The notes under the pieces: generated by a model
Databases searched by the model: none
What the model was told of the DNA's origin: nothing
Seen by the model: only the letters and a program-made list of their open reading frames with translations
Part shown: positions 1 to 8,451 of the stretch, piece after piece
How the letters are laid out: every line of letters begins with the position of its first letter
Position numbering within the stretch: the first letter of the stretch is position 1
NCBI GenBank assembly: GCA_049521495.1
Contig: JBEKOT010000001.1
Span: forward strand, 1,242 to 65,241
Source of the DNA: Syntrophorhabdales bacterium
Lineage (GTDB): Bacteria; Desulfobacterota; Syntrophorhabdia; Syntrophorhabdales; WCHB1-27
Direction: 5' to 3'
DNA length: 64,000 nucleotides
Position numbers and translations under genes: made by a program

Positions 1-387
1 TCCATGTCTGTTCCGGCCCCCGCGACGCCGGCGACGCAACCGCAGCCCGAAACGGCGACGGCGGTCTCCACGGCAGGGGTTGCGACGGCAGGGACCGGAA
101 CAATGGTGCAGGCGTCTCCGACCGGGCAGCCGGTCGCAACCCGGGTTGGAAGGCAGCAGCCGTCAGCGCCGGTGCCTCCCCAGGTGCTCAAGAGGCAAGG
201 TTCCGTAGTGGTGGAAAAGGGTGATACTTTGTCAAGGCTGATTAATACCAAGTACGGCTTCTTCGACAACGAGCTTCTCCAGAAGGTGAAGCAACAAAAC
301 CCGGCCATCAAGGACGTGAACCGCATTTACGTCGGAGACACTATTATGTTGCCGGAAAACGGGAGAGGAGCCGTCCGGAGAAAATGA
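1..387 (+). CDS. LysM-domain protein, C-terminal part (5' end lies outside the window)
   Basis: The frame is open to the window edge. An Ala/Thr/Pro/Gln-rich linker is followed by a LysM-like segment, VVVEKGDTLSRLINTKYG...VNRIYVGDTIMLP. Stop at 385-387. Confidence 0.6.
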   Translation, partial: SMSVPAPATPATQPQPETATAVSTAGVATAGTGTMVQASPTGQPVATRVGRQQPSAPVPPQVLKRQGSVVVEKGDTLSRLINTKYGFFDNELLQKVKQQNPAIKDVNRIYVGDTIMLPENGRGAVRRK

Positions 388-605
388 AGGGAACCGGGCC
401 AAATGCCTCTTCCTTTTTATGAGGGGGTGGCTCCACGAGCTTCTGCTCGTGGAGGGGGCGACGCTAGCCCCAGTAATTGCGTTGCCGGAAAACGGGAGAG
501 GAGCCGTCCGGAGAAAATGAAGGGAACCGGGCCAAATGCCTCTTCCTTTTTATGAGGGGGTGGCTCCACGAGCTTCCGTTAAATGCCTCTTCCTTTTTAT
601 GAGGG
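348..605. repeat. Tandem direct repeat: identical 96-nt block at 348-443 and 481-576, with the nested 25-mer aaatgcctcttcctttttatgaggg at 401-425, 534-558 and 581-605
   Basis: Read directly from the sequence. Copy 1 includes the last ~13 codons and the stop of the LysM ORF. Copy 2 is intergenic. Confidence 0.9.
431..454 (+). terminator. Stem-loop ctccacgagc-ttct-gctcgtggag downstream of the LysM ORF (no U-tract)
   Basis: Perfect 10-bp inverted repeat with a 4-nt loop, 44 nt after the stop. It is followed by a G-run rather than a T-run, so terminator function is uncertain. Confidence 0.3.
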
Positions 606-685
606 AGAATCCGGCCGCAGCGGCGCACCCGTAAAGCGGTTCGCCAAGTAGCTGCATTTCCGGAAATGGGAAAAGAGAGAAGGCA

Positions 686-1843
686 ATGATAGACGGCCGT
701 ATAAACCGGAGACGGGGAAGGATTTTCTCGCCAATTTTTGCGAGCCGTCTCGCCAGCCATGACTACGACTTTTACGATGAGGCCTCCTTCAACGCGCATG
801 TCCGCGTGGAGAGGAGAAGAACCGAGCGCACCATGAAGCCGCTCCTCCTTATGCTCGTTGATATCAGCAGTCTGGAGAAGGGCAAGGGCAGGACAAAGGC
901 GATTGAGAAGATCGCCTATGCAATCTGTTCCTGTTCCAGGAAGATCGACGTAAAAGGCTGGTACAAACGTAATGCGGTTTTCGGCATCGTTTTCACCGAG
1001 CTTCCGCGCGCAGTTCATGGGATAAGGGAAAAATTGGCCGAGAAAGTAATGCGTTCCCTTTCCCGGGCGCTCAGACCGGACGAGACGCAAAAGATAAAGA
1101 TCTCAACGCACATCTATCCGGAAGAGGAACAAAGCGAAATAGCGGTCAGGAACCTAATGGACTTTTATCTGTACCCCGACTTGACAAAAACACGCCGGAC
1201 GCGCCTTTCTCTAATCCTGAAGAGGATAATTGACTTCGTGGGCAGCGCCGCCGCCCTTGTCGTGTTTTCCCCTCTTTTTTTGGCGATTGCCCTTGCAGTC
1301 AAATGCACTTCCCCGGGTCCGGTCCTCTTCAAGCAGCGGCGCCTGGGCGTCTCCGGCAAGGAATTTACTTTCCTCAAGTTCAGATCCATGTACATGAACA
1401 GTGACCCGGAAGATCATATCGCCTATATCAAAAAGTACATAAACGGAAATGTAGGGAACGGCGCCGATGCGGCACAGGACGACGGTATCTTCAAAATAAA
1501 GAACGACCGGCGCGTTACGTTCCTTGGCAGACTGCTTCGTAAGACCAGCCTCGACGAACTGCCCCAGTTTATCAACGTGCTGAAGGGGGATATGTCGCTC
1601 GTGGGGCCCAGACCGCCCATTCCCTACGAGTACGAGCAGTATGAAATCTGGCATCGGCGGAGGGTACTGGAAGTAAAGCCGGGCCTCACGGGACTCTGGC
1701 AAGTGAAGGGACGAAGCATTACTACTTTTGATGAAATGGTCCGCCTTGATCTGCGATATCTAAGGGAGCGCTCTTTCTGGCTCGACCTGAAGATCCTACT
1801 GCAAACGCCCGGAACGGTTATCGCATGCAAGGGCGGCTACTAG
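686..1843 (+). CDS. Polyprenyl-phosphate sugar phosphotransferase (bacterial sugar transferase, WbaP/EpsB-like) with an N-terminal degenerate GGDEF-like domain
   Basis: C-terminal motifs KFRSM, DELPQFINVLKGDMSLVGPRP and KPGLTGLWQV. One TM segment (FVGSAAALVVFSPLFLAIALAV). The N-terminal ~150 aa align by eye to a GGDEF fold. Start is uncertain (ATG 833 is an alternative). Confidence 0.85.
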   Translation: MIDGRINRRRGRIFSPIFASRLASHDYDFYDEASFNAHVRVERRRTERTMKPLLLMLVDISSLEKGKGRTKAIEKIAYAICSCSRKIDVKGWYKRNAVFGIVFTELPRAVHGIREKLAEKVMRSLSRALRPDETQKIKISTHIYPEEEQSEIAVRNLMDFYLYPDLTKTRRTRLSLILKRIIDFVGSAAALVVFSPLFLAIALAVKCTSPGPVLFKQRRLGVSGKEFTFLKFRSMYMNSDPEDHIAYIKKYINGNVGNGADAAQDDGIFKIKNDRRVTFLGRLLRKTSLDELPQFINVLKGDMSLVGPRPPIPYEYEQYEIWHRRRVLEVKPGLTGLWQVKGRSITTFDEMVRLDLRYLRERSFWLDLKILLQTPGTVIACKGGY

Positions 1844-1922
1844 GAAGCTTCCTTGACGACCTTAACCCCCTTTCTTGCCGCCATTAGACGCATGCTCTTG
1901 AGGAGTGGTACAGGAGGCAAAA

Positions 1923-2924
1923 ATGATTCGCATCGGTGTGATCGGCTACGGCTACTGGGGTGCCAATATTGTAAGAAATTTTAACGGTATAGAAGGCGGC
2001 AAGGTCGTTTCTATTTGTGACGTCAATCAAGAGGCCCTGAAGAGGGCCCAAAGGCTATTCCCGGGGACGGAAGTCACGCCCGACTGCCGTGAGGTGGCGG
2101 CCTCGTCCGGGATCGATGCGATAGCTGTGGTGACGCCTGTCTCCACCCATTTCGAGCTCGCCAGGCTGGCACTCCTGAACGGAAAGCATATCTTCGTGGA
2201 AAAACCGTTCACTGCGAACGTCCGTCAGGCTGAGGAACTGCTGGAACTGGCCGATAAGAAAGGCCTCCTGATCATGGTAGACCATACTTTCCTTTTTACG
2301 GGAGCGGTCAGGAAGATCAAGGAGTTCATCGAAACCGACGTCCTCGGCAAGCTTTACTATTTCGATTCCGTCCGAGTCAATCTCGGGCTTTTTCAGCATG
2401 ACGTAAATGTGCTGTGGGACCTCGCTCCCCACGACCTTGCCATTATGGACCACCTTGTCGGGGGGAAGGCAAGGGCCATCGTAGCGACCGGGGAATCCCA
2501 CGTTAACAGCCTGGAGGATGTGGCGTACGTTACGGTTTACCTGTCGGACAGCATGATCGCCCATTTCAACGTAAACTGGCTTTCCCCCGTGAAGGTAAGG
2601 ACCACTCTCATCGGGGGAGACAAGAAGATGCTTGTCTGGAACGACCTGGACGCGGATGAGAAGATCAGGATATACGACAAAGGCGTCGAGATCAAGGGTA
2701 CGGAGGGAATCTATGACCTCTTGGTAAGCTATCGCTCCGGCGACATGTGGGTCCCCAAAGTGGAGCAGGGAGAGGCGCTCAAGCTAGAATCCCAGTATTT
2801 CGTGGATTGCATCGAGAGCAACACCGCGCCTATGAACGACGGCCGGGCGGGACTCAGGGTCGTAAAGATGCTGGAGGCGGCGGACAAGTCGTTGAAGAAG
2901 AAGGGAGAGATAGTGTACCTATGA
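1923..2924 (+). CDS. Gfo/Idh/MocA-family oxidoreductase (WbpB-like UDP-sugar 3-dehydrogenase)
   Basis: Rossmann N-terminus MIRIGVIGYGYWGANIVRNF and FVEKPF motif. AGGAGG lies 7 nt upstream of ATG 1923 (GTG 1905 is an alternative). Confidence 0.85.
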   Translation: MIRIGVIGYGYWGANIVRNFNGIEGGKVVSICDVNQEALKRAQRLFPGTEVTPDCREVAASSGIDAIAVVTPVSTHFELARLALLNGKHIFVEKPFTANVRQAEELLELADKKGLLIMVDHTFLFTGAVRKIKEFIETDVLGKLYYFDSVRVNLGLFQHDVNVLWDLAPHDLAIMDHLVGGKARAIVATGESHVNSLEDVAYVTVYLSDSMIAHFNVNWLSPVKVRTTLIGGDKKMLVWNDLDADEKIRIYDKGVEIKGTEGIYDLLVSYRSGDMWVPKVEQGEALKLESQYFVDCIESNTAPMNDGRAGLRVVKMLEAADKSLKKKGEIVYL

Positions 2925-3439
2925 CGCACTTCGTCTCATCAAACGTAATATTGGGAAAGGACGTAAAGCTCTCGAAGTTCATAAACCTCTACGGCTGCTC
3001 GGTCGGTGACAATACGAAGATCGGCGCTTTCGTCGAGATCCAAAAGAACGCAAGGGTCGGAAGGAACTGCAAGATATCGAGCCACACTTTCATTTGCGAA
3101 GGGGTGGTGATTGAGGACGAAGTTTTCATCGGCCACGGGGTTGTCTTCATTAATGACACATACCCCAGGGCGACGGCGGCAGGCCGGCTTCAGACCGAGG
3201 ATGACTGGTCCGTGGAGCCTACCCTGGTCAAAAGAGGCGCATCCATAGGGTCCGGGACGACCATCCTGGCAAACGTAACCATCGGAGAGAGTGCGATAGT
3301 GGGCGCAGGAAGCGTCGTGACGACCGACGTGGCGCCAAACACGATCGTGGCCGGCAACCCCGCAAGACTGCTGAGGAAGACTGAAGAAAACCCTAAGAGG
3401 GCTGGAAGATTTAAGGGGTCCGCCTCCGCCCTAGGCTAG
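2921..3439 (+). CDS. Hexapeptide-repeat (left-handed beta-helix) acetyltransferase, WbpD-like
   Basis: Hexapeptide runs VGDNTKIGAFVEI, IGHGVVFIND and IGSGTTILANVTIGESAIVGAGSVV. ATGA start/stop overlap with the upstream gene. The longer ORF from 2747 is run-on. Confidence 0.85.
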   Translation: MTHFVSSNVILGKDVKLSKFINLYGCSVGDNTKIGAFVEIQKNARVGRNCKISSHTFICEGVVIEDEVFIGHGVVFINDTYPRATAAGRLQTEDDWSVEPTLVKRGASIGSGTTILANVTIGESAIVGAGSVVTTDVAPNTIVAGNPARLLRKTEENPKRAGRFKGSASALG

Positions 3440-3518
3440 GAAAGGGGACGGACCGAAAGGAGAGCCACTCGCGCGTGCGATAAAGTAATGGCAAAGAGCT
3501 TTATACCGAGGAGGAATA

Positions 3519-4712
3519 ATGATCGTACCTTTTGTTGATCTAAAGTTGCAATACGAGGCCATCAGGTCAGAGGTGGCAGTGGCCCTTCAGGGCGTGCTGG
3601 ACCAGGCCGCTTTTGCCGGCGGTCCTTCCGTTGCAAGGTTCGAGAAGAGATTTGCCGAGTTCTGCGGCGTGAGGCACGCCATAGGCGTAAGCAGCGGCAC
3701 GTCCGCCTTATGGCTAGCACTTCTCGCGTCCGGGATCGGCCGCGGTGACGAGGTGATAACGGTCCCGAATACCTTCATCGCTACAGTCGAGGCAATAAGT
3801 TTTACCGGCGCCAAGCCGGTATTTGTCGATGTATGCGAAGACTCCTGCCTGATGGACCCCCGCCTGCTCAAAGGGGCGATCACGCCGAGGACCAAGGCCG
3901 TAATTCCCGTCCACCTTTTCGGCCAGACGGCCGATATGGACCCCATCATGCAGATCGCGGCCGACCATGGGCTTTCCGTAATAGAGGATGCGTGCCAGGC
4001 CCACGGCTCGACCTACAAGGAAAAAAAGGCCGGCAGCATGGGGGATGCCGGTTGTTTCAGCTTCTATCCCGGAAAGAACCTCGGGGCATACGGCGAGGCA
4101 GGCGCTGTTGTTACGAACAACGACAAACTGGCCGAGAGAATCGCCATCTTGAGGGACCACGGGCAGACCCGGAAGTATTGTCACTCGATTATAGGATGGA
4201 ACAGCAGGATGGACGGTTTCCAAGGGGCGATACTGGAAATCAAGCTGAAGCACCTTGAGGACTGGAACAGGGCGCGAAAAGGGCACGCCAGGCTCTACCG
4301 CGACTTTCTGTCGAAGGTCAACGGTGTGCGCTGCCCGATGGAGCAACCTTACGGAGAGCATGTCTTCCACATATACTCAATCCGGGTGGCGTGGAGGGAC
4401 GAACTCATGGCTTACCTTGCGGAGAAGGGAGTTTCCTGCGCCATCCATTATCCCGTCCCGATACATCTCCAGGAGGCATATCGTTTCCTCGGCCTTCCTA
4501 AAGGCAGCTTCCCCGCAACGGAGGCGGCTGCGGAGGAGATGGTCTCGCTCCCCATGTTCGCTGAGTTGACAGACCCGCAGATCACGTATGTGGCGGACCA
4601 AATAAAGACATTCATGGAGGGACAGGCAGGGATCGATCATGTTCAAAGGGCGATTGGCGAAAGGCCGGGGTACAAAGGGATGAGGTTGAATCGACGACCG
4701 GCGGCCGGGTAG
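3519..4712 (+). CDS. DegT/DnrJ/EryC1/StrS-family PLP aminotransferase (WbpE-like)
   Basis: FEKRFAEFCGVRHAIGVSSGTSAL, DACQAHG and FSFYPGKNLGAYGEAG (PLP-lysine region). GAGGAGGA RBS. About 30 aa of C-terminal tail beyond the usual family length. Confidence 0.9.
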   Translation: MIVPFVDLKLQYEAIRSEVAVALQGVLDQAAFAGGPSVARFEKRFAEFCGVRHAIGVSSGTSALWLALLASGIGRGDEVITVPNTFIATVEAISFTGAKPVFVDVCEDSCLMDPRLLKGAITPRTKAVIPVHLFGQTADMDPIMQIAADHGLSVIEDACQAHGSTYKEKKAGSMGDAGCFSFYPGKNLGAYGEAGAVVTNNDKLAERIAILRDHGQTRKYCHSIIGWNSRMDGFQGAILEIKLKHLEDWNRARKGHARLYRDFLSKVNGVRCPMEQPYGEHVFHIYSIRVAWRDELMAYLAEKGVSCAIHYPVPIHLQEAYRFLGLPKGSFPATEAAAEEMVSLPMFAELTDPQITYVADQIKTFMEGQAGIDHVQRAIGERPGYKGMRLNRRPAAG

Positions 4713-4784
4713 CCCGCAGCGGGTCGCCGGCGCGGCGGGCCGCAGGTGCTGGGTCGCGAGAAGCGCCCAAACTAAGAGGGACCC

Positions 4785-6107
4785 ATGAGCTATCTCAATC
4801 ACGTTGTGACGACCAAGGGTTTCATCCATTCTTTCGAGCGGTCCGCCCAGATCTTGAAGCGTTTCTGCTTGGGAAGAAAAAAGTTCCTTCAAATGATCTC
4901 GTCTCTGCAGCAGGACCTTGAAGGGGACGCCAAGATCACTTTCTGCATCACCGCCTCCCTCCTGTCGGAGAATGCGCCGCTATTCAGAAAGCTCCGGCAT
5001 CTGGGCCACGATGTGGCGGCACACGGTTACGTCCATACGAACATGAAGAACAAAAGCAAGAAAGAGCAGATCGAGATTATCCGCAAATGCTCGCATGCCT
5101 TCGCGCGGTTCCAGATGCCCGTCACAGGCTTTCGCTGCCCCTACCTCAGCTATAATAACGACACCCTCGATGTGCTCAACACGGGGGGCTTTGCCTGGAC
5201 GAGCAATAATATGATCCTCTGGCCCAACGGCTTGGGCGGAGGCAACGGGCGGGAGATCAAGACCTTGAGGAAGATCAACAGCCTCTACCACCTCGACTGC
5301 GCCGACAGCCGCCAGGCTCTGCCGAGGTTCAGGAACGGCTGTCTCGACATTCCCATTACCGGCCCCGACGACGAGATGCTCCTGGAGCGGTTCAGGGTCA
5401 AGAAGAGGGAAAAGATAGTGGAAATATGGATGGATGTCCTTCGGAGGACTCATGAAAGGGGCGAGCTCTTCCATCTCCTCTTCCATCCCGAGCGTTTTCG
5501 TCATATCCGGGGTTGCATCAAAGCGATCGTAGGGGGATTAAGGCGTTTCGACGAGCCCGTTTGGGTTGCCTCCCTCATGGAGATCACCGAATGGTGGAGG
5601 CAGCGGCGGGACGTGAGCTTCGAGCATGAGCACGCGGGCGACCGCTGCGTCAAGACATGGGTAAACGCGCCGGCAAGGGCCACTATGCTGGTGAAGCTTC
5701 AAACGGGCGAAGCCTTCTCGGGCGATAAGCCGTTCTTCGGGAGCTATGCTCTGGCCCGGCCCCTGGAGATGCGCAACGGCCGCAGAGCGTTCCCTTGCAT
5801 CAACGGTCGGAAGGGTACCATCGGCCTTGCGGGCCGCTCTCCGATCGAGGCGGAGACTTTCCTCAAGGAGGAGGGTTTCCTCGTCGAACGCTCGAACAAT
5901 CCCGACGAACACGCGGTGTTCATTGACGGCGGCCGCCAGTTCTCGCGAAAGGATGAGGCAGCAATGCTTGCGCAGATCGAAGATTCCCCCTTTCACGTGC
6001 TTCGTCTGTGGCGGTGGCCCGATGGGATGAGAAGCAGCTTCACGATATCGGCCGATGTGGACTCCGTCACGCTCATGGATTTCATCCGGCGGGCCCTGCA
6101 GTTCTAA
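4785..6107 (+). CDS. Divergent polysaccharide deacetylase-like (NodB-fold) protein with C-terminal extension
   Basis: KITFCITASLL...LGHDVAAHGYVHTNM...FRCPYLSY resembles NodB motifs, but the first motif lacks the usual Asp-Asp pair. AGAGGGA RBS. Confidence 0.55.
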   Translation: MSYLNHVVTTKGFIHSFERSAQILKRFCLGRKKFLQMISSLQQDLEGDAKITFCITASLLSENAPLFRKLRHLGHDVAAHGYVHTNMKNKSKKEQIEIIRKCSHAFARFQMPVTGFRCPYLSYNNDTLDVLNTGGFAWTSNNMILWPNGLGGGNGREIKTLRKINSLYHLDCADSRQALPRFRNGCLDIPITGPDDEMLLERFRVKKREKIVEIWMDVLRRTHERGELFHLLFHPERFRHIRGCIKAIVGGLRRFDEPVWVASLMEITEWWRQRRDVSFEHEHAGDRCVKTWVNAPARATMLVKLQTGEAFSGDKPFFGSYALARPLEMRNGRRAFPCINGRKGTIGLAGRSPIEAETFLKEEGFLVERSNNPDEHAVFIDGGRQFSRKDEAAMLAQIEDSPFHVLRLWRWPDGMRSSFTISADVDSVTLMDFIRRALQF

Positions 6108-6134
6108 AGGCTCGAGAGTCGGTTTGCCTTTCTT

Positions 6135-7193
6135 ATGATTGCCGCGGTCAAGAACATAGAACAGATAGGAACCGAGGCGTGGAGCCGTTTCATCGAAAGC
6201 CACCCTCTCTCCAGCGTCTATCATCATGCAGGCTGGCATCGGGTGATAGAGAAGACTTACGGATACAAGGCCAGTTACTGCGTGATCGACGGGAAGGAAG
6301 GGATCGGCGCCGCCTTGCCCTTTGTCCTCACTCGCAGCCTGCCACTCGGAAGGCGGCTCGTCTCGTACCCGTACTCGGACGCTTGCGATCCCCTTGTCAG
6401 GGACCGGGGGGAGATGGAGGCGATTGCCAGGAAGATCGACGAGATACGGGTGGAACGGCACATAGGGTCAGCAGAGATCAGGACATATAGGCTCATGGAG
6501 AACCTGCCGGACCTGGCCTATCCGGGGAAAACATCGTACTGCAATTATACCCTCGACCTGAGGAGGGATGGTAAGCTCCTCTTCAGGTCATTCCACAAAG
6601 ATTGCGTGCAGCGGGCCATCAAAAAGGCGCAGAAGTCGTCCGTCCGGGTGGTAGAGGGGAGGACCGCTGCCGACTTGATGGAATTTTACAGGCTCCACAC
6701 CGCCACGAGAAAAAGGCTGGGCGTACCCGTGCAGCCCTTTAAATTCTTCCGAAACCTCTGGGAGATCCTCCACCCGCCCGGGATTGCATCCCTGCTTCTT
6801 GCGAGGGACGGGGGGACGACCATAGCCGGCGTCGTGCAGCTCAAGTTCAAAGACACCGTCTATTACAAGTTCGCCGCGTCGGAAAGCCGGTTCCTCTTGA
6901 AGAAACCGAACCACCTTATTATCTGGAGGATGATAGAGGATGCGCAAAAGGAGGGTTACCGCTGTCTCGATTTCGGCCGCACATTCACCGGAGACAGCGG
7001 GCTCATGCAATGGAAGGCCAGATGGGGAGCCGAGCGGAAGGATTTCCGCTACATCTATCCGGGGACTTCCGCTATAAGCCGGTTCAGCCAGGAGGGCAAT
7101 CGGACGAATGCGATCCTGAGCGGCATCCTCAAGCGCATGCCGCGTTTTGTTGTGCGGGCGAGTGGAGAGCTCTTCTACCGATACCTGGCATAA
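6135..7193 (+). CDS. FemAB-like / GNAT-fold aminoacyl-transferase family protein (PEP-CTERM-locus FemAB type), paralog 1
   Basis: WSRFIESHPLSSVYHHAGWHRVIEKTYGYK, KKPNHLIIWRMIEDA, LDFGRT and MQWKARWGA. The pattern matches my recollection of the FemAB-related EPS-locus family. Confidence 0.7.
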   Translation: MIAAVKNIEQIGTEAWSRFIESHPLSSVYHHAGWHRVIEKTYGYKASYCVIDGKEGIGAALPFVLTRSLPLGRRLVSYPYSDACDPLVRDRGEMEAIARKIDEIRVERHIGSAEIRTYRLMENLPDLAYPGKTSYCNYTLDLRRDGKLLFRSFHKDCVQRAIKKAQKSSVRVVEGRTAADLMEFYRLHTATRKRLGVPVQPFKFFRNLWEILHPPGIASLLLARDGGTTIAGVVQLKFKDTVYYKFAASESRFLLKKPNHLIIWRMIEDAQKEGYRCLDFGRTFTGDSGLMQWKARWGAERKDFRYIYPGTSAISRFSQEGNRTNAILSGILKRMPRFVVRASGELFYRYLA

Positions 7194-7273
7194 GTGGTGA
7201 AGCGCTATCGATACGGCCCGGCCGTCCCGCCGAACAGCGTTGATAGGGCCAGACCGTTTAGAAACATCAGTAG

Positions 7274-8344
7274 ATGAATAGCGGGCCCGTAAGCATCATC
7301 GACCCCTCGGCTGACGGAAGGTGGGATGCCTTCGTCTCCCGGGCTCCCGGCTCGTCCGTATTCCATCATTCGTCCTGGAAAAAGGTCATCGAGGAGACTT
7401 TCCACCTGAAGCCGCTCTATCTGGCTTTAGAGGACGGCGCAGACAGCCTCAGATGCGGCATCCCCTTCTTCTTGACGGACGGCTTGCTGACGGGCAAAGC
7501 GCTGATCTCGTTACCGCTATCCGATTACTGCGATATACTCACCGACGACGCGGAGGATTTTGGGAGGCTCTGGCGCAGCGCCCTGGATCAGGGCCGAGAG
7601 AACCGGGCCCGCTATGTCGAGATCCGCTTGCGGGATAAGGGGCGGATAGACCTAGGCCTGCATTCTTTGGAGAAAAGAAAGACCTACCTGAACCATTTTC
7701 TCGAGATAAAGGATGACATCGACTTCATGGAGAAGAAGGTAATCGAGAAGAGCTACAAATACGACATCAGACAGGCAACCAAAAGCGGTGTTGTCCTGAA
7801 AGCCGCAAAGAGCGAGCCGGACATGAAGCGCTACTATAGACTCTACGTATCGACGCGGGCCCATCACGGACTGCCGCCCATGCCGTACGCTTTCTTTAGG
7901 AACATGTGGCACATCCTGTCCCCGTCGAAAATGATATATCTTTTTCTGGCGTACTGGCTGGAGCGGCCCGTAGCCGGGATAATCTTCCTCAGGTATAACG
8001 ATTGCCTGTATGCCCTTTCCAATTCATCGGACAGAAGGTTTCTCGATAAGAAACCGAACCATTTGCTGTGGTGGAGGGGCATTCAGCTTGCCGTCGACCT
8101 GAACCTCTCCGGTCTCGACTTCGGCAGGACGTCCCTCGACAATAGAGGGCTCAGGTTCTTCAAACAGAGATGGGGAACCAAGGAAATCCAAATTAACTAT
8201 TACAGGTATGACATAAGCGTTACAAACAGGCAAGGCGGACTGCACGCACTCTCCTACCTCGAACGGGCGATGCCCCGGGTTATCAAAAGGCTCCCTTCCT
8301 GGGCGCTCAGGCCCATCGGGAACATGGTTTACAGGTATCTGTAG
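7274..8344 (+). CDS. FemAB-like / GNAT-fold aminoacyl-transferase family protein, paralog 2
   Basis: Colinear with the upstream paralog: WDAFVSRAPGSSVFHHSSWKKVIEETFHLK, KKPNHLLWWRGIQLA, LDFGRT and FKQRWGT. Confidence 0.7.
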   Translation: MNSGPVSIIDPSADGRWDAFVSRAPGSSVFHHSSWKKVIEETFHLKPLYLALEDGADSLRCGIPFFLTDGLLTGKALISLPLSDYCDILTDDAEDFGRLWRSALDQGRENRARYVEIRLRDKGRIDLGLHSLEKRKTYLNHFLEIKDDIDFMEKKVIEKSYKYDIRQATKSGVVLKAAKSEPDMKRYYRLYVSTRAHHGLPPMPYAFFRNMWHILSPSKMIYLFLAYWLERPVAGIIFLRYNDCLYALSNSSDRRFLDKKPNHLLWWRGIQLAVDLNLSGLDFGRTSLDNRGLRFFKQRWGTKEIQINYYRYDISVTNRQGGLHALSYLERAMPRVIKRLPSWALRPIGNMVYRYL

Positions 8345-8451
8345 CGGCACTGCCGTAAATCGGCCCACAACCGTGCGGCCCGCCGTTCTAGATTTCGCGC
8401 CCCAGGGCCCACCCTGTAGACCTGTCGCCATGGACCAGAGATGGAGGTGTT

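Noticed and set aside
464-1090. 208-aa minus-strand ORF covering the repeat region and the sugar-transferase 5' end
   Set aside because: It overlaps the supported + strand gene and the duplicated intergenic block, has no motifs, and has an odd composition.
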